A model generated the notes under the pieces. That model was not told where the DNA came from, did not search any database, and was given only the letters and a program-made list of their open reading frames with translations. Positions 10,401-19,678 of a stretch of DNA of 64,000 nucleotides are shown here, one piece after another. Numbering within the stretch: position 1 is the first letter of the stretch; every line of letters begins with the position of its first letter. The DNA is taken from contig CAVSQW010000008.1 of the NCBI GenBank assembly GCA_963730185.1, forward strand, positions 192,001 to 256,000. Reading direction: 5' to 3'. Origin of the DNA: an uncultured Gemmatimonadales bacterium. Its GTDB lineage: Bacteria > Gemmatimonadota > Gemmatimonadetes > Gemmatimonadales > GWC2-71-9. A program made the translations under genes and the position numbers.

Positions 10401-13163
10401 AACGCCCTGGACCAAGCCGATCCCTCGGAGCAGGCCGGCGGCGTGTTCGTGCGCCGCCGCGAGCTGTTCACCCCGGCCGATCTGCTGATGCTCCGGGCCA
10501 CCGCCCGGCTGCTGGTTCCCTGCGACGGCCGGCCGCTGAGGCGGGTCGCCCAGTCGCTCCAGGGACCCAGCGGCGAGCCGATCGACGACGGCGCGGGGCT
10601 CCTGACCCGGCTCCGTCGCTCCGAGCGGAGCAGCGCTCCCGGCCTCGACCCGGCCCGGCGGCTCGGCCTCGGCGGGTTGGCCACCCCGGGGGACCCCTTC
10701 GGCCCGACCTCCGTCGCCGACGCCCCGCTGTCCGGCGAAGTCCCCGCGCCGCCCCTCGACAACGGGTTCGGTGGGCTGACGCCGCAGGGCGATTACGAGA
10801 TCCAGGTCGCGGGCGACCGGGTGCCCCCGGCACCGTGGGTGAACGTGATCGCGAATCCGGCCGGCGGCTTCGTCGTCAGCGAGCGCGGGGCGGGGTTCAC
10901 CTGGGCCAGAAACAGCTACTTCTTCCGGCTCACGCCCTGGCACAACGACCCGGTCGGCGATCCGCCCACCGAGGTGATCTACCTCCGCGACGAGGCGAGC
11001 GGCGAGCTCTGGTGCCCCACCCCCGCCCCGGTCCGCACCACCGAGCCGTACACCGTCCGGCACGCCCCGGGCAAGTCCAGCTTCCGGCACGACCACGCCG
11101 GGATCGTCACCGATCTCCGGCTGGGCCTGGTGGCGGATCAGGCGATCAAGTGCGCGGTGCTCGGAATCACCAACGGGACGGCCGTCCCCCGGCGGCTCTC
11201 GATGACGGCGTACGTGGAATGGACGCTGGGGATCAGCCGGGAGCACACCCGGCATCAGGTCGTCACCGCCTTCGAACCGGACGCCGGAGCGATCTTCGCC
11301 CGGAACTCGTTCGACCCCCTGTACGCCGACTGGACGGCATTTCACGCCATCAGCGAACCGGTTACGAGTCACACCGGCGACCGGCGTGAGTTCCTGGGGC
11401 GGAACGGCGCCTTGAGTCTTCCGGCGGCGTTGGCCGGACTGCCGGCATCCGACCGGACCTTGAGTGGGACGACCGGGGCGGGGCTCGATCCGTGCGCCGC
11501 GCTCCAATGCGAGATCGAGCTCGCTCCGGGCGAGCGCCGCGACATCGTCGTGTTGCTCGGCGCGATGCCCGGGCTGTCCGAGGCCAGACGAGCGGTGGCC
11601 GACTGGATCGACCCGGGTCGCGCCGCCGGAGCGATCGCCGCCGGCTCGGATGCCTGGGATGCCCGGCTGTCCCGGATCGCCGTGCGCACGCCGGAGCCCT
11701 TGTTCGACGCGATGCTGAATCGCTGGACGCTGTACCAGGCCCTGGGGTGCCGGATGTGGGCCCGCTCGGCGCTGTACCAGAGCAGCGGCGCCTACGGCTT
11801 TCGCGATCAGCTCCAAGACGCCCTGGCCCTGGTGTATGCCGAGCCCGGACTGGCGCGAGCGCAGATCGTTCGATCGGCGGCTCGCCAGTTTCTCGAGGGC
11901 GACGTCCAGCACTGGTGGCATCCGGAGACCGGACGAGGGGTCCGGACCCGATTCTCGGACGACCTGGCCTGGCTCCCCTACGTGGTCGACCACTATGTCC
12001 GGGTTACCGGCGATCGGTCGGTACTCGACGAGTCCGTTCCCTTCCTCCGGATGCGGGAGCTGGGGGCGGATCAGCACGAGATCTACGACCTTCCCGAGGT
12101 CACGGCGGAGCCAGCCACGGTGCACGAGCACTGTCTCCGGGCCCTCCGGCGAGCCTCGACGGCCGGAGCCCATGGGCTCCCGCTGATCGGGGGCGGCGAC
12201 TGGAACGACGGCATGAACCGGGTCGGGATCGAGGGGCGGGGAGAGAGCGTGTGGCTGGCCTGGTTCCTGATCGCGACGCTCCGGGGGTACGCGGAGCAGG
12301 CCGACGCCCGGTCCGATACCGCCGCCGCCGAGGGCTGTCGAGCCCGGGCCGACCGGTACCTCGCCGCGGTCGAGGCCCATGGCTGGGACGGCGCCTGGTA
12401 TCGCCGGGCCTACTTCGACGACGGCACGCCTTTGGGCTCCCGCGAGAGCGACGAATGCCGGATCGACTCCATCGCCCAGAGCTGGAGCGTAATCTCCGGC
12501 GCCGGCGAGCCGAGTCGGCAGGCCCAGGCGATGCGCTCGCTCGAGGAACACCTGGTTCGGCCCGACGCCAGGCTGATTCAGCTGCTCGACCCGCCGTTCG
12601 ACCGAACGCCGCGCGATCCGGGGTACATCAAGGGCTATCTCCCCGGGGTCCGGGAGAACGGCGCCCAGTACACCCACGCCGCGCTCTGGGTGGTGCTGGC
12701 GACGGCGCTACGGGGAGACGGGGATCGCGCCTTCGAGCTCTTTCAGATGCTCAATCCGCTGACCCACACCCGCACGCCCGAGGAGGTCGCGACCTACCGG
12801 GTCGAGCCCTACGTGGTCGCCGCCGACGTCTATACCGCACCCGGCCAGCTGGGCCGGGGCGGGTGGACCTGGTATACCGGGTCGGCGAGCTGGATGTACC
12901 GGGTTGGGTTGGAGAACCTGCTCGGGTTCACCAAGCGAGGTGATACGCTCTGGTTCGCGCCCGCGGTTCCCGAGCACTGGTCCGAATTCTCCGTGCTCTA
13001 CCGGCATGGCCGGAGCACCTACGCCATCGTGGTTCGTGACCCGGCCCGGGTCGCGCCGGGGACGGCCACGGTCGTCGTCGACGGGCGGCGGCTGGACGGA
13101 TCGTCGATTCCGCTGGTCGACGATGGCGCGCGGCACGAGGTCCTGGTCGTGGGGATCGGGTGA
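4459..13163 (+). CDS. ndvB: Cyclic beta-1,2-glucan synthase (GT84 + cyclising domain + GH94 phosphorylase), about 2900 aa, split by a -1 frameshift at ~6122
   Basis: WLLDNF, GYPRVY, MGWERKRGK, ITLDADT, SHDLIEG, RWIRGDWQ, RTSPTNIG, SWSGSMFEYLMP, QSSGAYGFRDQLQD, GDWNDGMN, ENGAQYTHAA. The two ORFs join as ...DGV/KALNARYAP..YLFHRPRRWN. Confidence 0.92.
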
Positions 13164-13216
13164 CGATGATGGGCCCGGCGAGTCCAGCGTGATCTCCGCC
13201 GGCTGCCGTGACCGGG

Positions 13217-14302
13217 CTAGTCCCCGAGGAGCACCGCCAACGGGCGCAGATGGTCGACATGATCGGCGATGACCTTGAGCATCACGGTCATCGGGACGGC
13301 CAGGATGACGCCCGCCACACCCCAGACCCACCCCCAAAAGAGCAGGCAAACGAAGAGCGCCACCGTGTTGAGCGGGAGCTTCCGACCCAACACCGCCGGG
13401 GTCACCAGGTTCCCGGCCACCAGATGAATCAGCAGGAACCCGCCCACCACGACCAGCGGCCGCTCGATCCCATCGAAGGTCACGAGCGTCGCGGCTCCGA
13501 CCAGCAAGGCCGAGACCAGCGCCCCCACGTAGGGGACAAAGTTCAACCCGCCGGCGAGTGTTCCCCACAACCCGGCGTTGGGAACCGCTGCGACTCGAAG
13601 GAGCACCCAGGTGGCACCGCCCACCCCGATGCTGATCAGCGTCGTGAAGGCAAGATACCGGGAGGTCTGGCGCTCGATCTCCTTCAGGGCGTGTTCCATC
13701 CGGGTCTGGTGTCGGATCTCCGCCGGCAGGCTGACGAGCCGACGCCGCAATCGCTGACCGGTCGCGAGGAGGAAATAGGTCAGGAAGGCCACGCCGAGCG
13801 TCGCCCCGACCGCGGAGATGGTGCTGATGCTGACCCGTTGCACGAGGCCGGGCGTTTGCATCTCGACCCGCTGGGTGCCGCCGTCACGGGCCCCACTCGC
13901 CGCTTGCTCGACCTTGAGCGCCGACTCTTGAATCGCGTGGAGGGGGCGGATCACCTGCCGTACCTTCGCTTCGATTTGCGCCAGGAGGGCAGGGCTCCGC
14001 CGAACCCAGCCGCCGGCCGGCCCCGCCAAGAACGCGGTCCCAACGGCCAGCAGGGTGATGGTTCCGAACACCAACAGTCCGGCCCCGATCGACTCCGGGA
14101 TCCGGTGTTCCCGGAGCCACCGAACCAGGGGGGCGAGGAGCAGACTCAGGAGGATCGAGACGGCGATCGGTACCAGGAGCGCGCTCGCCAGGCGGAGGGC
14201 GGCCACCACGAGGATGGTAAAGACGGCAATCAGCAGCCCCTGCCCACGGTGGCCGCCGAGGGTCGAGCCGGCTGTCGGGCGGGGCGTCGGATCGCTCTTC
14301 AT
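13217..14302 (-). CDS. AI-2E family (PerM/YhhT-like) membrane transporter
   Basis: Multiple TM segments; LNFVPYVG and WGWVWGVAGVILAVP motifs. Confidence 0.88.
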   Translation of the reverse strand: MKSDPTPRPTAGSTLGGHRGQGLLIAVFTILVVAALRLASALLVPIAVSILLSLLLAPLVRWLREHRIPESIGAGLLVFGTITLLAVGTAFLAGPAGGWVRRSPALLAQIEAKVRQVIRPLHAIQESALKVEQAASGARDGGTQRVEMQTPGLVQRVSISTISAVGATLGVAFLTYFLLATGQRLRRRLVSLPAEIRHQTRMEHALKEIERQTSRYLAFTTLISIGVGGATWVLLRVAAVPNAGLWGTLAGGLNFVPYVGALVSALLVGAATLVTFDGIERPLVVVGGFLLIHLVAGNLVTPAVLGRKLPLNTVALFVCLLFWGWVWGVAGVILAVPMTVMLKVIADHVDHLRPLAVLLGD

Positions 14303-14325
14303 GGTGCCAACCCGGGTGGGCCGGA

Positions 14326-14532
14326 CTACTCCTCGGCGCCGGGACCCTCGAACTCGCGGACCTCCCGCTCGATTGCCTCCCGGGCGCGACCATAGCGCTG
14401 CTGAAGAAGGCCCACCAGCTGGTCGCGCTGTCCCGCGATGACGGTCAGGTCGTCGTCGGTGAGCCTGCCCCACTGCTCGGCCGCTCGGCCGCGGATCTGT
14501 TTCCAGTCGCCTTTGAGCTGGTTCGCGTTCAT
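14326..14532 (-). CDS. csbD: CsbD/YjbJ family general stress protein
   Basis: MNANQLKGDWKQIRGRAAEQWGRLTDDDL..IAGQRDQLVGLLQQRYG. Confidence 0.92.
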   Translation of the reverse strand: MNANQLKGDWKQIRGRAAEQWGRLTDDDLTVIAGQRDQLVGLLQQRYGRAREAIEREVREFEGPGAEE

Positions 14533-14647
14533 CACGTTCCACCCTTATGGTGATCGGCCACCGGTTACCCGCAACGGTACCGGGAATGATCAGGGCCGGC
14601 TGCCGAACCGGTTGGTGCGCCTGAGTCGGTCAAACGAGGTGCGGTGG

Positions 14648-15844
14648 TCAGCGGGCCTGGCGGCGACGCGCCGCTGGTTCGAGCACCCGGCGCCCTTCGT
14701 CCCGTGGGTAGGTGCCGACCAAGGGCTTGTCGGCGGGGATGCCGAGGTGCCGGCCGAGGCGACGAAGCGCCCGGGCGATGCCGGCGCCGAAGGAGGAGGG
14801 GACGGCTCCGCCGGTCGGGTCGAATGAGGGCTGGGCCGTCTCTGGTTCCAGGCGATCGACGTACACACGATTGCCGCCCCCGGCCTTGGCCGCATAGCAC
14901 GCCCGATCGGAGGCCTGCAGCACGGCGGCCATCGTCCCGCGGTTGGCCGTCACCGGGATGATGCCGATGCTGGCGGTGACCGCAAACTGCCGCCCGGCCC
15001 ATCCCAAGCGGTGCCGCTCGACCGCGGCTCGAATCCGGTTGGCAATCCGGTCCGCTTCGCCCAGGGCACAATGCTCCAACAGGAGGCCGAACTCGTCGCC
15101 GCCGAGCCGGGCCAGCGTGTCCCGCTGCCGGAGGTGGCCCGCGAGAATGGGGCCGAGGCTCCGCAGCAGGGCATCGCCGGCATCGTGGCCCCCGGCATCG
15201 TTGACTTCCTTGAAGCGGTCGAGGTCCAGGTAGAGGAGGGCGTGGTGTGAGGACATGCCGGCCGGGGTCATCACCAACCGGGTCAGCCGCCGCTCGAACT
15301 CCCGCCGGTTGATGAGCCCCGTCAGGCTATCGTGCGTTGCGTCGAACGCCAACTGGCGACCCACCAGCCGATTCGCACTCTCGTCCCGGATGACGAGCAC
15401 CACGCCGATGATCGCCCCGGACTCGTCCCGAATCGGTGCGGTCGAGTCGCCGATCGAGATTTCTTGGCCATCCCGGCGGCACAGCACCACGCCGTCCTCC
15501 AGGTCCATGGCCCGCCCGCTCTCGACGCATCGCACCGCGACGTTGGCGATTCGCCGACGCGTGGTTTCGGAGACCAGCGGCAGGACGATTTCGAGGGCCC
15601 TCCCCATGGCCTCGCCGGTCGTCCAGCCGGTCAGCTGTTCGCCGGCGGCGTTCATATACGTGATGCGACCGGCGGCATCCGTCGTGACCACCGCATCGCC
15701 GATCGACGCCAACGTCGCCCGGACCTGCGCCAGGGCCCAGTCGGCGATCGGCGCCCCGGCCAGGCCGGGGACCGCGACCCGGATGCCCCGCGTGGCCGGT
15801 GCGGACGGCCTCGGCTTGTGCGGCGGGTTGGGTGTCAGGCGCAT
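14648..15844 (-). CDS. PAS-domain diguanylate cyclase
   Basis: PAS/PAC (SIGDAVVTTD..MNAAGEQLTGW), then HDSLTGLINRREF, LDLDRFKEVND and an intact RLGGDEF. Confidence 0.9.
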   Translation of the reverse strand: MRLTPNPPHKPRPSAPATRGIRVAVPGLAGAPIADWALAQVRATLASIGDAVVTTDAAGRITYMNAAGEQLTGWTTGEAMGRALEIVLPLVSETTRRRIANVAVRCVESGRAMDLEDGVVLCRRDGQEISIGDSTAPIRDESGAIIGVVLVIRDESANRLVGRQLAFDATHDSLTGLINRREFERRLTRLVMTPAGMSSHHALLYLDLDRFKEVNDAGGHDAGDALLRSLGPILAGHLRQRDTLARLGGDEFGLLLEHCALGEADRIANRIRAAVERHRLGWAGRQFAVTASIGIIPVTANRGTMAAVLQASDRACYAAKAGGGNRVYVDRLEPETAQPSFDPTGGAVPSSFGAGIARALRRLGRHLGIPADKPLVGTYPRDEGRRVLEPAARRRQAR

Positions 15845-15929
15845 TGCACTCGTCGTTCAGGGCCAGGGCGGCGCGGGTCAATCAGAGTCTTCCACCTGTT
15901 GATCATAGTCCGGCCGAGTCAAGGATCAC

Positions 15930-15957
15930 ATCGCTCGTTGGGATGGTCGGAGGACTA
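15930..15957. promoter_or_regulatory. Putative transcription-factor site, copy 2 (ATCGCTCGTTGGGATGGTCGGAGGACTA)
   Basis: Near-identical to 2412-2451. An inverted TAGTCC also occurs at 15906-15911. Confidence 0.5.
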
Positions 15958-16088
15958 GATCGAGCGGTCGGGGTGGCGGGGAAGGCCTGGTCAAAGGGGC
16001 CGGCCTAAGGCAGAAGCGGTGTTAGGCATCTCGAGGTTGGCTGCGGTGCAGTTGACGGCGCCACGGGGTCCGCGTGAAACTTGGGGAC

Positions 16089-17126
16089 ATGCCCCATCTC
16101 TCCATCCAGCGTCCTCGTCGGCCGGAGGCCAGGGGGCCACAATCCGTTCGGAGCGGGAGCTCAATCGGGCCGGGCGGAACGCCGGCCAGGCGGTCGAGGG
16201 AGTGTCCCCGCGCCGGTGGCTCCAAGATCGCGGCGTCTCGAGGCCGGGTCGGGGTCGGGCTCCTGCTCGCCCTGGTGGCGATGGCCTCCGGGTATGGTCG
16301 GGTTGGCCGCCTCGAGCTGGCCCGGCCCCCGACGGGCCTCGTCAACGAGTGCGCGACGCCGCACCCCGGCTGGATCTGGTGCGACGATTTCGACCAGGAC
16401 CGCATGGCCAGCTACTTCGAGGTAGACCGGGCCCGGGGTAGCTTCGGACGAGTGAGCGGGGTCGGCAACAACGGCTCCTGGGGAATGCGGGCCCGGTTCG
16501 CCGCCGGACAGGTGTCGGCGGGCTCGCTCAAACTGGCGTTCGGCCGGACGCCGGGCCCCTATTTCCGCGCCGTCGATGGGGGCGTGGCGGACTACCGCGA
16601 GCTCTACTGGCGACTGTATCTCCGCAATGCGCCGGGCTGGACCGGAGGTGGGGGGAACAAGCTCTCGCGAATGACTGTCTTCGCGACCTCGGGCTGGTCC
16701 CAGGCCATGATCGCCCCCGTCTGGTCGGGCGGCCCCGGCTCGCGCTCGTTGATGCTCGATCCGGTCTCGGGCACCGACCCCGAGGGGAGAGTCCGGACGA
16801 CCAAGTACAACGACCTCCCCAACCTTCGTTGGCTCGGCCAGCGGGTGAGCAGGACGCCGATCTTCGACCCGGCGCACGTGGGCCAGTGGCGGTGCATCGA
16901 GGCGCACGTTCGCCTGAACGACGCCGGCCGTGCCAACGGGGTCTTCGAGCTCTGGATCGACGGTCGCCCCGAGGCGAGCCGAGCGGGGCTCAACTGGCTC
17001 GGCACCTATTCGGCCTACGGCCTCAACGCCCTGTTCCTGGAGAACTACTGGAACGCGGGGTCGCCGGTGGCGCAGGAGCGCTACTTCGACAATCTCGTCG
17101 TGAGCACCGAGCCGATCGGCTGCTGA
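16089..17126 (+). CDS. Exported beta-sandwich protein, polysaccharide-lyase-like/LamG-like fold
   Basis: Hydrophobic segment, then WCDDFD, GGNKL, GQWRCIEAHVRLN..NGVFELWIDG and YFDNLVVS. Start codon uncertain. Confidence 0.55.
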   Translation: MPHLSIQRPRRPEARGPQSVRSGSSIGPGGTPARRSRECPRAGGSKIAASRGRVGVGLLLALVAMASGYGRVGRLELARPPTGLVNECATPHPGWIWCDDFDQDRMASYFEVDRARGSFGRVSGVGNNGSWGMRARFAAGQVSAGSLKLAFGRTPGPYFRAVDGGVADYRELYWRLYLRNAPGWTGGGGNKLSRMTVFATSGWSQAMIAPVWSGGPGSRSLMLDPVSGTDPEGRVRTTKYNDLPNLRWLGQRVSRTPIFDPAHVGQWRCIEAHVRLNDAGRANGVFELWIDGRPEASRAGLNWLGTYSAYGLNALFLENYWNAGSPVAQERYFDNLVVSTEPIGC

Positions 17127-17163
17127 TCCGCCCACTCCAGCTGGCTGAGCTCCGACGGTCGGG

Positions 17164-17192
17164 TTGTCTGGGGGTCGACATGCCCCTATCCT
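17164..17192 (+). promoter_or_regulatory. sigma70-type promoter for the DEAD-box helicase (TTGTCT-17-TATCCT)
   Basis: Consensus-like hexamers at 17-nt spacing, about 150 nt upstream of the GTG start. Confidence 0.5.
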
Positions 17193-17342
17193 TCAGTCCA
17201 GTCGGGGGCTGGGCTTTCGACCCGGTACCGTCCCCGCGCACGCGGCGGTCTCTGAGAACTCCCTTCATCAATAGACGTGCGCAGCAACCTGCTCGGTCCT
17301 CCGGCATCTCGCCGGTGGCTCGCGCTCGACGACAGGACATTC

Positions 17343-18722
17343 GTGCCCTTCAGTACCCTCAAGCTCGATTCCACCCTCCTCCAGGGCATTCGCGACCTCG
17401 GGTTCGCCCGACCGACCCCCATTCAGACCGAGGCGATTCCGCCCGGCCTCGAGGGGCGGGACCTCATCGCCTGTGCGATGACCGGGAGCGGCAAGACCGC
17501 CGCCTTCCTGCTTCCCATCATGCAGCAGCTCCTGACCCGGCCCGCCCGGGCGACTCGGGCGCTGGTGCTCACCCCGACCCGGGAGCTGGCGGCCCAGATC
17601 CTCGAGGACTTCCGCGACCTGGCCAAGCACACCAGGCTCACCGCCGCCGCCGTGTTCGGCGGGGTGGGGATGCGCCCCCAGGAAGACGCCTTTCGCCGGA
17701 GGGTCGACGTGCTGATCGCGACCCCGGGCCGGCTCCTCGATCATCTCCAGTCGGACTATGCCAACCTGGACTCGATCGAGCACTTCGTCCTCGACGAAGC
17801 CGACCGGATGCTCGACATGGGCTTCCTGCCGGACGTGAAGCGGATCATCCGCCGGTTGCCGGCCAAGCGGCAGACGCTCCTCTTCAGCGCCACCATGCCC
17901 GAGCCGATCGTCGCCCTGACCCGGGATCTGCTCCACGCACCGGTCCGGATCCAGCTCCAGCGAACGGTTGGGCCGGCGGTCGGCATCACCCAGGCGATTT
18001 ACCCGGTGCCGCAGGAGCTCAAGGCGAGTCTCTTGATCCGGCTGCTCGAGCGGGGAGACCTGAAGGAAGCTCTGGTCTTCACCCGGACCAAGCACCGGGC
18101 CGACCGGCTGACCAAGACACTGGTCAAGGCCGGGGTGGTGGCCGAGCGGATCCACGGCAACCGGTCGCAGGGACAGCGAACCGCGGCGCTCGAGGGTTTC
18201 AAGGCCGGCCGGTTCCGGGTGCTGGTGGCAACCGACATCGCCGCCCGGGGCATCGACGTGGAAGCGCTGAGCCACGTGGTCAACTTCGACGTGCCCCACG
18301 TGCCGGAGGACTATGTGCACCGGGTGGGTCGGACGGCGCGGGCGGAGGCTACCGGTGAGGCGTTCACCCTGGTGGCGCCGGACGAGGAGCCGTTGCTTCG
18401 GGACATCGAAAGGGCGGTCGCGCGGCGCTTGCCCCGGGTGACCGTGCCCGACTTCGATTACCAAGCCAGGCCGGATGCCAAACTGGAGGTTCCGATTGCG
18501 GAGCGGATCGCCGCGATCCGAGCCCGGAAGGCCGAGGAGCGGGCCCGGGCCAAGGTCAACGCGGAGCGGAGAGCGGCGGCGCAGCGGCCGACCGCGTCGC
18601 CTGGGCGTCGCGGCCCCGAGGCGGGCCGCCGCGGGACCGGTGCTGGTCGAGGAGGTCCTGAATCGGCCGGCTCGCCGAGCCGGCCCCGTCGGGGCGAGGG
18701 GCGGGGTCGACGACCCCGCTAG
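17343..18722 (+). CDS. rhlE: DEAD-box ATP-dependent RNA helicase (RhlE-like)
   Basis: Q motif PTPIQ, AMTGSGKT, PTRELA, TPGRL, DEAD, SAT, ARGID, HRVGRTAR and an R/G-rich tail. Confidence 0.95.
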   Translation: MPFSTLKLDSTLLQGIRDLGFARPTPIQTEAIPPGLEGRDLIACAMTGSGKTAAFLLPIMQQLLTRPARATRALVLTPTRELAAQILEDFRDLAKHTRLTAAAVFGGVGMRPQEDAFRRRVDVLIATPGRLLDHLQSDYANLDSIEHFVLDEADRMLDMGFLPDVKRIIRRLPAKRQTLLFSATMPEPIVALTRDLLHAPVRIQLQRTVGPAVGITQAIYPVPQELKASLLIRLLERGDLKEALVFTRTKHRADRLTKTLVKAGVVAERIHGNRSQGQRTAALEGFKAGRFRVLVATDIAARGIDVEALSHVVNFDVPHVPEDYVHRVGRTARAEATGEAFTLVAPDEEPLLRDIERAVARRLPRVTVPDFDYQARPDAKLEVPIAERIAAIRARKAEERARAKVNAERRAAAQRPTASPGRRGPEAGRRGTGAGRGGPESAGSPSRPRRGEGRGRRPR

Positions 18723-18728
18723 CCCGAC

Positions 18729-18926
18729 CTAACGGTCGCGGTTCCGAGCCCGGCGCCGCTTGCGCCGCTGGGCCGCCGCGATCTTGAGCTTCTTGGCGAG
18801 ACTGGGCTTGAGGTAGTGTCGCTTGGCGCGCACTTCCTTGAGGATCCCGGATCGCTGGACCTTGCGCCGAAAGGCCTTGATGGCGTACTCGATGCGATCG
18901 GTTTCGGAGAGAGTGACTTCGATCAT
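18729..18926 (-). CDS. rpsU: 30S ribosomal protein bS21
   Basis: IEYAIKAFRRKVQRSGILKEVRAKRHYLKPS plus a basic tail. Confidence 0.92.
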   Translation of the reverse strand: MIEVTLSETDRIEYAIKAFRRKVQRSGILKEVRAKRHYLKPSLAKKLKIAAAQRRKRRRARNRDR

Positions 18927-18961
18927 CGGGTCTCCTAATGGCCCGGCTCACGCCGGTAGTT

Positions 18962-19006
18962 GAAAAGGGACGAGGCCGGCTCGCCCCGCGGGCGGGCCGG
19001 CCTCGT
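18962..19006 (-). terminator. Intrinsic terminator between csp and rpsU
   Basis: Minus strand: ACGAGGCCGGCCCGCC-CGCGG-GGCGAGCCGGCCTCGT followed by CCCTTTT. Confidence 0.7.
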
Positions 19007-19027
19007 TCGAAGTCCTGAGCGCGAGGC

Positions 19028-19240
19028 TCAGCCGTCCAGACGAACCACGTTCTCCGCCGCCGGGCCCTTCTGACCCTGCACGATGTCGAACTCGACCCGC
19101 TGGCCCTCGGCCAGGGACTTGAAGCCCTGAGCCTGAATCGCCGAGTGATGGACGAAACAATCCTTCTGGCCGTTCTCCGGGGTGATGAATCCGAAGCCCT
19201 TCGCGTCGTTGAACCACTTCACGGTACCGGTCGTACGCAT
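19028..19240 (-). CDS. csp: Cold-shock protein (CspA family)
   Basis: [22 protein letters not shown] and [19 protein letters not shown]. Confidence 0.97.
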   Translation of the reverse strand: MRTTGTVKWFNDAKGFGFITPENGQKDCFVHHSAIQAQGFKSLAEGQRVEFDIVQGQKGPAAENVVRLDG

Positions 19241-19497
19241 ACTGTCCTGCTCCTTGTTGTTCTGGTAATCGGGAGTTCGGGCGTATGCCGTACGTGCCGA
19301 CTACGTGTTCGTGACCAGAGGGGTCACGGGTCCTTGTTTCCGCGCCCGACCGGCAATCGCCGGGTCGGTCCGCTGCGAGGGCGAAAACGAAAAGGGGCCG
19401 GCGTTTGGCCAGCCCTGACTTCGGTATTCGCTGGAAACCTTGCGCCCGGATGGACGCCTCGCACACTGAAGCTAATGGTCGTCCCCGATTCGCACAA
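19241..19497 (-). promoter_or_regulatory. csp promoter (TTGTGC-17-TAGCTT) and about 220-nt structured 5' leader with an internal terminator-like hairpin
   Basis: -35 at 19492-19497, -10 at 19469-19474. Hairpin GGGCTGGC-CAAAC-GCCGGCCC plus CTTTTCGTTTT at 19384-19415. Further stems follow downstream. Confidence 0.55.
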
Positions 19498-19500
19498 TAG

Positions 19501-19550
19501 GGGAGGGGAGCGGCGGGGGGATGGGGTGGGGTGGGGTGGGGCGGGACGGG
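19501..19550 (+). repeat. G-run tract containing (GGGGT)n, potential G-quadruplex
   Basis: GGGAGGGGAGCGGCGGGGGGATGGGGTGGGGTGGGGTGGGGCGGGACGGG. Confidence 0.55.
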
Positions 19551-19678
19551 CGGACGGAGCCACTTCTCCCCTGCTCTCCGCCCCTTCCCAGGCACGGTCC
19601 GGCCCGGGTCCGCTTGCCCTTGCCTCCCCGCCGCCTTTTGTTTAAGCCGACGAATTCTCACCCACTTGGAGGGCCGAA

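Noticed and set aside
8262..12677. 1471-aa minus-strand ORF, and other long antisense or off-frame ORFs (e.g. 5691-8225, 27098-29335, 44237-47140, 44430-46742, 49797-52352)
   Set aside because: Shadow ORFs of high-GC coding DNA: they overlap genes with clear family motifs and have low-information R/G/P/A-rich translations. Only the last 74 codons of 44237-47140 look real.
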